From positions 190,429 through 254,428 of the forward strand of contig NIVC01001629.1 of NCBI GenBank assembly GCA_002269645.1: a DNA stretch of 64,000 bases, written 5' to 3'. Positions 50,006 to 61,234 of this stretch are shown in pieces (position 1 is the stretch's first letter; each line of letters starts with the position of its first letter). The notes below the pieces were generated by a model that saw only the letters and a list, made by a program, of their open reading frames with translations, was not told the origin of the DNA and ran no database searches. Both the position numbers and the translations under genes were made by a program. This DNA is from Macrostomum lignano. Lineage: Eukaryota.

Positions 50006-51303
50006 GGCTGGGCCGCTGCTACCATCCCAAATGTAGAAGATACCCATTGTAGGAGGCTGTGGAAAGTATTCTAGTCATTTTAATTGTGTTAATGCAAGCA
50101 TTCAAAAAAGTCTCACACAGTGTCTACAAGTGCTGTGTCCCAAATTTGGAGTTCGAATTCCTCGCGAACAGGCAGACAAGACAGACAGTTAATAATGCTT
50201 CGCACACAAAGACCACGTGGCACAAAGACTTGTGTATGGGAGGGGGGTCCCGGACGCCCGGAGACGGAGGCCCTGCAGTTTTTTCTATTCAAACGACTTT
50301 CCTAATTTCCTGTCGAGTGTGTTTAATTGCCTTGGGTGTGGTGTGGAATCAAGGCCCAAGACTGGAAGACTCGGAGTTCTAGCTGTCTGAGACAAAGACT
50401 CGAAAGTCTTTATCTAGCACCCATCCATGGCCTGCGTATAGAAATGCTTAGGGCTCTCACAGACAAAGAGACTGGCGGTGTCCCGCTGCTGTCAGCGTCT
50501 CCCGCTCCGTCTTCATCAAGCCAGGGTTTAAAACGACTCCGAAGAAATTGTTGAGCTGGTATTGCTGGGTGCGTCTGTGTTGATATTCCTGAGCATAGTG
50601 AGCATAGGCCAGATGAGGAGCCTGGCATGCCCTTGTCCGTCTGCCTTCCCCATAGCGCGCGCGTGTGACCTACCGCTCCCCCTTGAGTGACTGCAATATA
50701 ATATATTTATACCGCGAGTCAGCCAGAGCCAAGTCCGGTCTTTGTGCTGCCGGAGCGGCGAGGCTGTGGGAAGACTTCGCTCCCAGTCCCAGCTGGCCAG
50801 TTCTCCCAAGCAATTCTTCTCGATTACTCGAAGCCATCTGGCAGAAACAAGAAGATCGCTGCTTCTTTCAAACCTCCCCCAGCTTTTTTATTCCCTCTCG
50901 CTTTGAATAAATAAAAATCCCAGGCTTCTCCCGCTCGGCCTGGAGATTGGAGTGAACGCCTCCATTGTTGTGCTGACGCGTGGCTGGGGGGGGGGCTGGG
51001 TTCCCGCATCCCCGGATCCAGCTGGTGCGTGCGCTAGCGAAAAAAGCACATGCCCCCCAGTATCCCTGCAGCTTTTTTGGATTATGGCTCTTCTTATCTT
51101 AATCCGCAAGCCGGACTCCCCATTCTCCCATCCATTGTTATCCCCTGTTTGCTTTGCGGCCTGTCGGATCGCCCGGGCTGGGCAGGGTGGCTGCGCCGCC
51201 CTCTGCCCCGAGTTGTTGGCTCGGTGAAACTTTAATTGGTTGGAAAGTGGAGCTGGGGTGGCTGCGGCCTGCGCTCCCCTCTCCCATTGCGGCCTCATCT
51301 GCA

Positions 51304-51311
51304 TATATAAA
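51304..51311 (+). promoter_or_regulatory. Candidate TATA box of the RhoGAP gene
   Basis: TATATAAA in a GC-rich context about 75 bp upstream of ATG 51383. Confidence 0.4.
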
Positions 51312-51382
51312 TATATAGCTGCACGCTCACTGGGTGAGATCGGAGACGGAATTTGGAAGCAATTCAAAGCAGCTGAAGAAGC

Positions 51383-51963
51383 ATGGAGTCGCCATTGATG
51401 AAGCAGAAGTCAGCCGCGCAGCCTCCGCAGTTTCTTGCCGGGCTGCTTCGCCTGCCAAGCCGGCCGAAGCTGAACCAGCAGCACCAGCTGCAGCGTTCGT
51501 TCTGTTGCCATGGCAACAGCGTCTCTAGCGACGGCAAGTTTTTCGGCCGACCATTGGAACTGCAGCCAACAACGGAGGTGCCGGGACTTGGCGCGGTGCC
51601 AGCCATCCTGGCCGCCTGCTGTGACCATCTGGTCAGTCACGTGACAGACGAGGGCCTGTTCCGCGTTGAGGCGCCGCGGTCGCGCCTCGTCGAGCTGCGT
51701 CGTCAACTCGATGCCGGCGCCGGGTCGGCGAAGCGACGCCGCCGAGGGACGTCGCCTGCGCTCTGAAGGCGTGGCTCCGCGAGCTGCCCGAGCCGCTGCT
51801 GCCGCCAGCGATCGCCCAGGAGCTCGCCGAGGCTGCCGCTGTCGGTGTTGCCGACGACGATGGGGCTCGAGCTCGCGACCTGCTGCGCCGGCGATGCCGA
51901 CCTCCGGCCGTGTCGCCAAGCCAACTGCGGGCGCTGCGGCATCTGTGCGAATTTCTGGCCAAG
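51383..51963 (+). CDS. ARHGAP11A: ARHGAP11A-like RhoGAP, exon 1, with a -1 frameshift near 51720-51730
   Basis: GKFFGRPL...VPAILAACCDHL...EGLFR (arginine finger) in one frame, then DVACALKAWLRELPEPLLP in the -1 frame. Exon is 581 nt (one base short); donor AAG|GTGAGG. Confidence 0.8.
51504..51517. promoter_or_regulatory. Perfect RFX X-box palindrome GTTGCCATGGCAAC
   Basis: Exact match to the canonical X-box, lying inside the first coding exon. Function untested. Confidence 0.45.
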
Positions 51964-52069
51964 GTGAGGCAGCTGCGAATTCCATTTCTGATTTTTCAGT
52001 TCTCTAACAGTTCCTTTGTTTGACTCTAATTAATTCCTCCTTTCTCAACCCCATCAATCACCTGGCCAG

Positions 52070-53083
52070 GTGGCTCGGCACTCCGCCTCCAACCGCATGG
52101 ACGCTGACAATCTGGCCACCTGCCTCGGGCCCTGCCTTCTGCGACACGTGGGCGCAGCGGCCGCCGCCTCCGCAGCCTCGCCGTTGCTGCCGCCGGCTTC
52201 GCCTCGAGACGCCGTTGCTCGGCTGAACGCCGCCGCCGCCTTGCTGGTCCGGCATCACCAAGAGCTCGGCGCCATCGACTCGACGACAGCGGTGGAGCCT
52301 CCGCCTCCGGCTGTTGAGGCTGGAAAGCGCGGACGGAGCGGCAGCTGCAGCGGCAGCGGCGGCTCCTTTGCCGCCCTCCGAGCCGCTGTCGGCCGCTTCG
52401 CCAGCAGGTCGCGCTCGCGCAGCCCCGGCAGCCGGCGCGGCCAGGCATCTCCGTTCTCGGCGTCGTCGACAGCGGCGGCTCGGGCCCCGTTGGCCACCTC
52501 ATTGCGCAACCTGGTGGCCGCCGCCGCCGCTGGCAGGCGTGCCGCGCCGCTCATCGGCGGCCGCCGTCCGTCAGCGCAGAGTCCCGCCGCGACGGTCGCT
52601 GCAGACGCCGTCCCGGCCGAGCCCGACGCCGCCGAGGGCCGGCGGTTCCGGCAGTTTCTGCTGAGCCGGCTGGGCGGTCAGGAACCGCCAAAGTCGCCCA
52701 GCTCGTCCAGCTCTGCCTCGCCGCCTCCGCTGACTTCGCCGTCCTCCCCGCCGTCCAGTGTTGAAGTGTCGACGCCGCCGTCTCGGTGCCGTCCCGGTGA
52801 TTCTCGCCGACGGCGCCTCCTGCGATGTCGCCGAGTTGGCGGTGGTCGCCGCGGATTCGACGAGTCGCCGTCCAGCGGCGGCGGCGGCGGCTTTTCGCCC
52901 CGCGACAGCCTGCGCGCCCTCCGGCTTCGGGGAGTTCGTCGGCAGAACGGCGGCGGCAGCGGCGGCAGCGGAAGCGGCGGAGTCGGCCGGCGCTGGCCGC
53001 GGCTTCTGATCTCGCCGTCGTCCATGAAGGCCCGCCTGCTTCGGTCCGAAGGTCTGCTGAGCTCCGCTCGGTTGAAGTCTTGA
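52070..53083 (+). CDS. ARHGAP11A: ARHGAP11A-like RhoGAP, terminal exon
   Basis: Acceptor at 52069. VARHSASNRMDADNLATCLGPCLL is the RhoGAP C-terminal N-x-M-x3-NLA motif, followed by a disordered tail and stop TGA. Confidence 0.82.
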   Translation: MARHSASNRMDADNLATCLGPCLLRHVGAAAAASAASPLLPPASPRDAVARLNAAAALLVRHHQELGAIDSTTAVEPPPPAVEAGKRGRSGSCSGSGGSFAALRAAVGRFASRSRSRSPGSRRGQASPFSASSTAAARAPLATSLRNLVAAAAAGRRAAPLIGGRRPSAQSPAATVAADAVPAEPDAAEGRRFRQFLLSRLGGQEPPKSPSSSSSASPPPLTSPSSPPSSVEVSTPPSRCRPGDSRRRRLLRCRRVGGGRRGFDESPSSGGGGGFSPRDSLRALRLRGVRRQNGGGSGGSGSGGVGRRWPRLLISPSSMKARLLRSEGLLSSARLKS

Positions 53084-53419
53084 AGTCAGGAGGATTTGCT
53101 TGATAGATAATTGACCGCTTGCTCTTTCACTCTGCAGCTTAAATTCTATTGTATATAATCTTATACTCATCTTAGTTTACTATTACTGCCAGTGTCTGCC
53201 AATCTTTGCACAATACCAATATATTTCGAAATGTGCTGTGCTTTGCATTTTAACTAAATTCGAAAAAGCAGCGGCGTCTTGGGATTTTAAATCAATTTTA
53301 TGCTTTGGAAATATTTTTTGTTTACTTGCGATGCTCAAATTGTTGGTTTTGTGTGGACATTAGTATACGAGTTTATTGTCTTATTCCGAAGGTCCTGTAT
53401 CTCTGCTTGGTAGGTGCCG

Positions 53420-53900
53420 CTGCTTCTCCCCACTGAGCTTCAGTGGGTGCTGCTTCTCCCCACTGAGCTTCAGTGGGTGCTGCTGTTCCCCCTCCTGAGC
53501 TTCAGTGGGTGCTGCTGTTCCCCCTCCTGAGCTTCAGTGGGTGCTGCTGTTCCCCCTCCTGAGCTTCAGTGGGTGCTGCTGTTCCCCCTCCTGAGCTTCA
53601 GTGGGTGCTGCTGTTCCCCCTCCTGAGCTTCAGTGGGTGCTGCTGTTCCCCCTCCTGAGCTTCAGTGGGTGCTGCTGTTCCCCCTCCTGAGCTTCAGTGG
53701 GTGCTGCTGTTCCCCCTCCTGAGCTTCAGTGGGTGCTGCTGTTCCCCCTCCTGAGCTTCAGTGGGTGCTGCTGTTCCCCCTCCTGAGCTTCAGTGGGTGC
53801 TGCTGTTCCCCCTCCTGAGCTTCAGTGGGTGCTGCTGTTCCCCCTCCTGAGCTTCAGTGGGTGCTGCTGTTCCCCCTCCTGAGCTTCAGTGGGTGCTGCT
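53420..53900. repeat. 32-bp minisatellite (CTGCTGTTCCCCCTCCTGAGCTTCAGTGGGTG)n
   Basis: About 15 copies; the first two carry the perfect hairpin CCCACTGA-GCT-TCAGTGGG. Confidence 0.96.
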
Positions 53901-54909
53901 GTTTCAAAGGTTTTTTCATCCGTGCACTGAAACGGATATAGAATTTGATATAGCGAATTAATCATTGACTGGGTGCCTTTATTTGCCTTCAGATTTTTCA
54001 ACTGTTTTTCTCTTAGCATAAGAAAACTTGAAGTCGCTCGCTATAGTTCGGCCTAAACTGTTTACCTTCGTAATCAAGGGAAACTGATGAAGGGAGCAGC
54101 ATCCAGCTTCTCCCAGACTGGCCCGCCACTTGCCGAATAGAGCCGTCTGATAGATTTGTCTCCCCGGGGAGTCCGTAATCCCGACACCTATTCACTGTCC
54201 CCAAGCAATTCCCTATTCAGCCCATTGACTTTTTATTTCACACCCGTGCTGGGGTGGGCGCTGCGGGACTGTTGGCTTCCACTTCACTGATCCTCTGAGC
54301 AAACGAATTAAAGTAAATGGATAATTTATCCCCGAACCAGTTTGATTGCGCAACGGGTCCTGCGGGTCTCTGGGCGGTTTTGAGGAATTAAATCTCTTTT
54401 TTTCCTCCTAACCCCATCTTCTGTAAGCAGACTGATTGCTCCCTCCCAGAGTTCCATTCCTGCCAGGTGGGTCAGGGGGCCGGGAGCTGACATCTGCTTG
54501 CTCGGGAAGGGGTTGCGTCACCGCTCGACTTCTGGCGGGAATAAATCTGGGGCTTGGGGGGGCTGCTTCTTTTTTGCAGGTGAAAATGGGATTTCTGCCT
54601 GAATTGGGCTGGGGATCTCAGATCGGAGAAGGTTAAAGCTGCGCTGCCGACTTTTCTCCCCTAATATTATTGTTGCTAAGGCGAGCTGCGGCCTCGCAAC
54701 TGTTGCGGGTGGTCCCGGCTGGCCGGGCTGGGGCTGGGACTGCCTGGCAATCGGACACCGGCCGTCTCATCTTTCCTCCGGCTGCGCGCATCTGCGCCTG
54801 CCTGCTTTTTTAGGGTTGCGCTGCCGCGCTGAGCTCGGGTTTCCTCCCGGCCCCAACCAGTGGAGCGAAAGTTGGTGCCGACTGCGGCTGACTTTGCCTG
54901 GCCTTGCCG

Positions 54910-54993
54910 TGTCTGTCTGTCTGCCTGTCTGTCTGTCTGTCTGTCTGTCTGTGTCTGTCTGTATGTCTGTCTGTCTGTCTTTCTGTGTGTGTG

Positions 54994-55025
<32 letters not shown>

Positions 55026-55092
55026 CATGTCTGTCCATGTCTGTCTGTCTGTATGTCTGTCTGTCCATGTCTGTCTGTCCATGTCTGTCTGT
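54910..55092. repeat. (TCTG)n degenerate microsatellite
   Basis: Direct observation. Confidence 0.92.
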
Positions 55093-55574
55093 CATTCTGC
55101 ATATCTATCTAATTGCGTTTTATCAATTGCTGCCGTGTCCCAGCAATTAAATGCAGTTAAAATAAAGTATACTGTTGTTTTTCACTTTATTACTAAGCTA
55201 TTCACACGGCAGTAAACACCCGCAGCCCAGCTCACCTGAGACAACCCAGCTCTCCATTTCACCAATTCCACAATCCGATGCGAACATGTTGTGTTGGCCG
55301 CATTGTTTATGCATGCATTGTAAATCAAGTGGCTGGCTGGGTGGCACAGGGCTGCCTTACCAATTAATTAATTGGCCAAGTTTGTGCTTTCCCTGGCGTG
55401 GGCAACAAATGAAACCCGATCCACTGCTATCTCCCTGGCTTCCCGAAGGCCGCAAGTGTGCGGGCCACTTCGTAAAGCAGACACTTTCAATTGTTCACTT
55501 TGAAAGATGTGTTCACTTCATAACCAGTTAGCAATTTTTGCAAACACCAACAAGCTTCAATCTTTCGATTGCAG

Positions 55575-55777
55575 GAGCCTCAGCTGCCGGCTGTGGGGCC
55601 GCTGCTGGAGCTGGAGGAGCTGTTCCCGCTGGAGCAGATCTGGTCTCAGCAGGGCGACTGGCTGCTCCCTAGTGACCCCGGCTCGGCTGGGTCCGTGTTC
55701 GCTGTTTTCAATTCTGTTTTTGTTTGGAGTTCAGATGCGTTTAGGCTTTGCCAACCGGACTGGTTGATTTTATCCAG
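55575..55777 (+). other. Possible exon (EPQLPAVGPLLELEELFPLEQIWSQQGDW...) of unknown affiliation
   Basis: Acceptor GATTGCAG, coding-like GC3 codons and a donor at 55778. Splicing it to 56911 would not be in frame with the GNAT ATG. Confidence 0.3.
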
Positions 55778-56324
55778 GTAGGAAAATTCCGTTTTAATTC
55801 CTCTTGTTTGCTGGCATTTCGGCTGTCATTGCGGCTCTCCCTGTCTTCTAGAAGCGGCAGATGTTCTCAGCTGATGCATTTCTGTTAATCGCCAACTTTT
55901 TGAGAAAAAAAATTCAAACTCGTTTTTGTTAATCTGGTCTGTAAAAATATTTAGCAAAAGTTATATTATATGTATTGTTATTAAACAGTGCATTTCTGCC
56001 AGCAATGCTTCACAATGGCGTACATTTCACACTGGCACGCAGCCTTCCAGTTTAAACGCAATTATCGAAATTCTCTATTTCTCTCATCATTTTTGAGTTT
56101 TCAGTTTCTCATCCCGCTGCCTTGTAGCCAGTCGGACATCAGGCCCTGCTCGGTTCCTATTTGATTAGATAGGTTTATTAAGACAAATAAACAGTTTATG
56201 TAAGCCTGCCCGAACTCTTTCCCGGCTTTGGGTTCGGCTGCTTTTTTACTTTTTTTGAATGTTGGTCTTGCTGAGATCTTCTTTTAGCTTTACCTGCTAG
56301 TGTGGGTTTAGAGATGATTGCTAG

Positions 56325-56852
56325 TCTAGCCAATCATGGATGCGGGATTAGAGTGGATTGCTAGTCTAGCCAATCATGGATGCGGGATTAGAGTGGATTG
56401 CTAGTCTAGCCAATCATGGATGCGGGATTAGAGTGGATTGCTAGTCTAGCCAATCATGGATGCGGGATTAGAGTGGATTGCTAGTCTAGCCAATCACGGA
56501 TGCGGGATTAGAGTGGATTGCTAGTCTAGCCAATCACGGATGCGGGATTAGAGTGGATTGCTAGTCTAGCCAATCATGGATGCGGGATTAGAGTGGATTG
56601 CTAGTCTAGCCAATCATGGATGCGGGATTAGAGTGGATTGCTAGTCTAGCCAATCATGGATGCGGGATTAGAGTGGATTGCTAGTCTAGCCAATCATGGA
56701 TGCGGGATTAGAGTGGATTGCTAGTCTAGCCAATCATGGATGCGGGATTAGAGTGGATTGCTAGTCTAGCCAATCATGGATGCGGGATTAGAGTGGATTG
56801 CTAGTCTAGCCAATCATGGATGCGGGATTAGAGTGGATTGCTAGTCTAGCCA
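56325..56852. repeat. 40-bp minisatellite (GATTGCTAGTCTAGCCAATCATGGATGCGGGATTAGAGTG)n
   Basis: About 13 copies with the internal inverted repeat GATTG-CTAG-T-CTAG-C-CAATC. Confidence 0.97.
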
Positions 56853-56922
56853 AAGTGAATAAACGATATTGAATTACTAATCTATTCTTTTTCTCAAATC
56901 TAATTTTCAGCTGCGGTCGCCC

Positions 56923-57252
56923 ATGGAAACGCAGGACTCGACGGCGAGGGCGGCTGATTTGCCACGGCAGGTGCAGCTGCGGCCCGGCAGGCCGGCGGAG
57001 GATGCGGAGTTTGTGGCGCTGTGCGTTCGCGACTTGGCGGTCAGCCACGAGGGCATGCTGCCGTTCTGCCACATGGGCGCCAGCGACCACTTTCGGGTGC
57101 TGCAGTCCGGCCTGGCCCGTCTTCTGGTGGCCGAGGCAGCCGGACGGCCGGCCGGATTCGCGCTGTACACCCGGTGCCACCTGGACAGGCAGCCTAGGCC
57201 AGGACTCTACCTGCAGGCTGTGTACGTGTGCGAGGACTACCGGGGGCTGAAG
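56923..57252 (+). CDS. GNAT acetyltransferase paralog 1 (SSAT/diamine acetyltransferase-like, tandem domain), exon 1
   Basis: LRPG..D, LLVAE...GFALY, GLYLQAVYVCEDYRGLK|VG (GNAT motif A); donor AAG|GTGAGA, phase 0. Confidence 0.88.
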
Positions 57253-57319
57253 GTGAGAGCGATCAGTGAGGCTGTTATGATGTGCTTAACTAGCTACTTG
57301 TAGTAATAAGAGGCACACT

Positions 57320-57418
57320 TCTAGTAGTAGTAGTACTACTAATACTAATACTACTACTACTACTACTACTGCTACTACTACTGCTACTACAACTACTACT
57401 ACTAATACTACTACTACT
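57320..57418. repeat. (CTA)n intronic microsatellite
   Basis: Direct observation. Confidence 0.93.
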
Positions 57419-57423
57419 TGCAG

Positions 57424-57777
57424 GTAGGCAAGTCTCTACTCGTGGCTCTGGCTCGCCAGGCCTTGGCAACCGGCTGCGACCACATCAAGCTGATTGTGCA
57501 CACAGATAACGAGGCTCTGTCCTGGTACCAGCGCATTGGCTTCCAGGTGCTCACAGAGACCGAGGGGGTCGCCTTTTTTGAGATGAATGACGTGGACTTT
57601 GTTGCTGGCCTGGTGGCCGCAGCCGAGCAGCCGCTGCCAGACGGAGCCAGCCTGCGCCTGCGGCCCTGCGACGGCGCCGACGGTAGGCGATTCGAACTTC
57701 GGACTTCCGGCTGCGACTGTCGCCTGTTTGGCGCCTCCGAGCTCAGCTACTGCATGTGGGAGGGGGAGGCGGTGCAG
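57424..57777 (+). CDS. GNAT paralog 1, exon 2
   Basis: VGKSLLVALARQA...HTDNEALSWYQRIGF (motif B with catalytic-type Tyr), then the second domain starts (SYCMWEG); phase 0/0. Confidence 0.86.
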
Positions 57778-58254
57778 GTGAGAGCTCAGCTACTGCATGT
57801 GGGAGGGGGAGGCGGTGCAGGTGAGAGCTCAGCTACTGCATGTGAGAGGGAGAGGCGGTGCAGGTGAGAGCTCAGCTACTGCATGTGGGAGGGGGAGGCG
57901 GTGCAGGTGAGAGCTCAGCTACTGCATGTGGGAGGGGGAGGCGGTGCAGGTGAGAGCTCAGCTGCTGCATGTGGGAGGGGGAGGCGGTGCAGGTGAGAGC
58001 TCAGCTACTGCATGTGGGAGGGGGAGGCGGTGCAGGTGAGAGCTCAGCTACTGCATGTGAGAGGGAGAGGCGGTGCAGGTGAGAGCTCAGCTACTGCATG
58101 TGGGAGGGGGAGGCGGTGCAGGTGAGAGCTCAGCTACTGCATGTGGGAGGGGGAGGCGGTGCAGGTGAGAGCTCAGCTACTGCATGTGGGAGGGGGAGGC
58201 GGTGCAGGTGAGAGCTCAGCTACTGCATGTGGGAGGGAGAGGCGGTGCAGGTGA
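57739..58254 (+). repeat. 12 x 43-bp tandem repeat made of the last 39 nt of exon 2 plus the splice donor
   Basis: GAGCTCAGCTACTGCATGTGGGAGGGGGAGGCGGTGCAG|GTGA starts at 57739, 57782 ... 58212. Confidence 0.96.
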
Positions 58255-58319
58255 GTGCTCATAGGAGGCTTGAGCACAGGAGATGCAGAAACCCGTCAGC
58301 TTCCACTGCCAACCCCCAG

Positions 58320-58667
58320 ATCGACTTGTCGGCCGAGAGGCCGGTCTGCGCTGCCGCATCGGAGTGCGGCGCCGTCAGCTCCGCCTCGCTGAAGTGCCTG
58401 ATGGGCCGCCTGCTGCAGCTGGCCGCTGCCGACAAGCCCACCCTACCGTCGCCGCATATCGTGTGGGTTGACACCGTCGCCAACCGACCGACTTCCGGCG
58501 GACTCGATGACCTGCTGATGCGCGCCGGCTTCGAGAACAACACGGCCAATGAAGGCTGGCTGATCTGCCTGCTGGCCGGCCGGCCGCTGCACCTGCTGGC
58601 CAACAGGCCGCTGAACTGCCGCCTGCACCCGGAGCTGGCCGGCTGCCCGGATTCACTGTCTGACTGA
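58320..58667 (+). CDS. GNAT paralog 1, terminal exon (total 343 aa)
   Basis: Acceptor AACCCCCAG, phase 0. RAGFENNTANEGWLICLL resembles the SSAT C-terminal arm (RRG..DLSSEEGWRLF); stop TGA. Confidence 0.82.
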   Translation: MDLSAERPVCAAASECGAVSSASLKCLMGRLLQLAAADKPTLPSPHIVWVDTVANRPTSGGLDDLLMRAGFENNTANEGWLICLLAGRPLHLLANRPLNCRLHPELAGCPDSLSD

Positions 58668-58674
58668 GAGAGAT

Positions 58675-59085
58675 GTGAGAGTCCTGATCCCCACTGTGAG
58701 AGGCCTGATCCCCACTGTGAAAGTCCTGATCCCCACTGTGAGAGTCCTGATCCCCACTGTGAGAGTTCTGATCCCCACTGTGAGAGTCCTGATCCCCAAT
58801 GTGAGAGTCTTGATCCCCACTGTGAGAGTCCTGATCCCCACTGTGAGAGTCCTGATCCCCACTGTGAGAGTCCTGATCCCCACTGTGAGAGTCCTGATCC
58901 CCACTTTGAGAGTCCTGATCCCCAATGTGAGAGTCCTGATCCCCACTATGAGAGTCCTGATCCCCATTGTGAGAATCCTGATCCCCACTGTGAGAGTCCT
59001 GATCCCCACTTTGAGAGTCCTGATCCCCATTGTGAGAGTCCTGATCCCCAATGTGAGAGTCCTGATCCCCACTGTGAGAGTCCTG
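58675..59085. repeat. 21-bp minisatellite (GAGAGTCCTGATCCCCACTGT)n
   Basis: About 19 copies starting just after the stop codon. Confidence 0.96.
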
Positions 59086-59524
59086 TTTACTCATTATCTC
59101 CTTATCTCTGATCACAGGTCATCTTAGGGTTCGAGTCCTGACTTTACAGTTGGACCAACGCTAATCTTCAGTATTTGATTTACTTCTATACTACTATGAG
59201 TAGGTTCCGCTTATTCTGGTAATCTTTTATGCAAACTTTAACACAGATCTATCGCTTAGCAGCTCAAACTAAATCGCTGTTTTAATATATCCTTTTATGC
59301 TTAAATTTTAACACTTACACATTGCTCTAACAGTAGTGCGCTGTGCCTAATCCAGTGTAGCTCTCTTAACGTATCAAGCACTCTACTAACTGATCGCTTG
59401 CTGTGCCTTAATATGTTCAACTTTATTTTCTGACTTTAACCTGTTTCTTAACAGAAGTTTTAGTTTTTTGTGGCACTAACCTACCTCACATTACATGCAA
59501 TGTCCTTGATTCTTGACCCTTGAC

Positions 59525-60475
59525 TAATGAACCATCCTTGTCTCTTATGAACCATCCTTGACTCTTATGACCCATCATTGACTCTTATGACCCATCATTG
59601 ACTCTTATGACCCATCATTGACTCTTATGAACCATCCTTGACTCTTATGACCCATCCTTGATTCTCATGACCCATCATTGACCCTTATGACTCATCCTTG
59701 ATTCTCATGACCCATCATTGACTCTTATGAACCATCTTTGACTCTTATGACCCATCCTTGACTCTTATGACCCATCATTGACTCTTGTGACCCATCATTG
59801 ACTCTTATGACCCATCATTGACTCTTATGAACCATCCTTGACTCTTATGACCCATCATTGACTCTTATTAACCATCCTTGACTCTTATTAACCATCCTTG
59901 ACTCTTATGACCCATCCTTGATTCTCATGACCCATCATTGACCCTTATGACCCATCCTTGATTCTCATGACCCATCATTGACTCTTATGACCCATCATTG
60001 ACTCTTATGACCCATCATTGACTCTTATGACCCATCATTGACTCTTATAAATAATCTTTGACTCTTATGACCCATCCTTGACTCTTATAAACCATCCTTG
60101 ACTCTTATGACCCATCCTTGATTCTCATGACCCATCATTGACCCTTATGACCCATCCTTGATTCTCATGACCCATCATTGACTCTTATGACCCATCATTG
60201 ACTCTTATGACCCATCATTGACTCTTATGACCCATCATTGACTCTTATAAATAATCTTTGACTCTTATGACCCATCCTTGACTCTTATAAACCATCCTTG
60301 ACTCTTATGAACCATCCTTGATTCTCATGACCCATCCTTGATTCTCATGACCCATCATTGACCCTTATGACCCATCCTTGATTCTCATGACCCATCATTG
60401 ACCCTTATGACCCTTCCTTGATTCTCATGACCCATCATTGACCCTTATGACCCATCCTTGATTCTTTTGACCCAT
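59525..60475. repeat. 20-bp minisatellite (ATGACCCATCATTGACTCTT)n
   Basis: About 47 copies. Confidence 0.96.
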
Positions 60476-60634
60476 CCATGGCAAGACGTATTTAACTCAC
60501 CACAATACACGCAAAATTTACTGTCTGCAGCTAATTCTACTTTTAGTAGGCTGTTGCGCCTAGCAAGTCAAAATGCTTAGAATAAAAAATTATTATTATT
60601 AACAACATCCCGCATTTGCAGTCAGCCGGTTGCC

Positions 60635-60931
60635 ATGGAAACTCAGATACAAATTAGACGCGGCACGGCGGACGACATCGAGGCGGTGGCCGCGCAGGAG
60701 CTGGAGCTGGCGAACAGCCACAATGGCATGCAGCTGTACTGCCGGATCGAGTGCGATGAGCACCACCGGATGCTGCTGGCCGGCCTGCTCAAACTGCTGG
60801 TCGCCGCCGACTGCCAGTCCGGCCGGGTGGTCGGCTTCCTGCTGTACACGCCGTCTTACATGCACAGCCAGCCCGAGCCCGGCTTCTATGTGCAGAGCCT
60901 CTTTGTGGAGCTGGACTACCGGCGGCACAGG
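60635..60931 (+). CDS. GNAT paralog 2, exon 1
   Basis: METQIQIRRGTADD...LLVAADC...VVGFLLY...GFYVQSLFVELDYRRHR|; donor at the same position as in paralog 1. Confidence 0.88.
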
Positions 60932-60944
60932 GTGAGGCTTCTTG

Positions 60945-61185
60945 GGGTCCTCAGTGATTGGGCCGCTGCCTCATTTGGGTCCTCAGTGACTGGGCCGCTG
61001 CCTCATTCGGGTCCTCAGTGATTGGGCCGCTGCCTCATTCGGGTCCTCAGTGACTGGGCCACTGCCTCATTCGGGTCCTCAGTGACTGGGCCGCTGCCTC
61101 ATTCGGGTCCTCAGTGACTGGGCCGCTGCCTCATTCGGGTCCTCAGTGACTGGGCCGCTGCCTCATTCGGGTCATCAGTGATTGG
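60945..61185. repeat. 32-bp intronic minisatellite (GGGTCCTCAGTGACTGGGCCGCTGCCTCATTC)n
   Basis: About 7.5 copies. Confidence 0.94.
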
Positions 61186-61234
61186 GCCGCCAAATCTCGC
61201 TGGACCAACTGCAACTCTGGTTGGCAACCCGCAG

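Noticed and set aside
45941-53083. Joining the 45.9-48.8-kb exons to the RhoGAP as one gene
   Set aside because: The RhoGAP has its own ATG, TATA-like box and an ARHGAP11-sized N-terminal leader; no clear acceptor links them.
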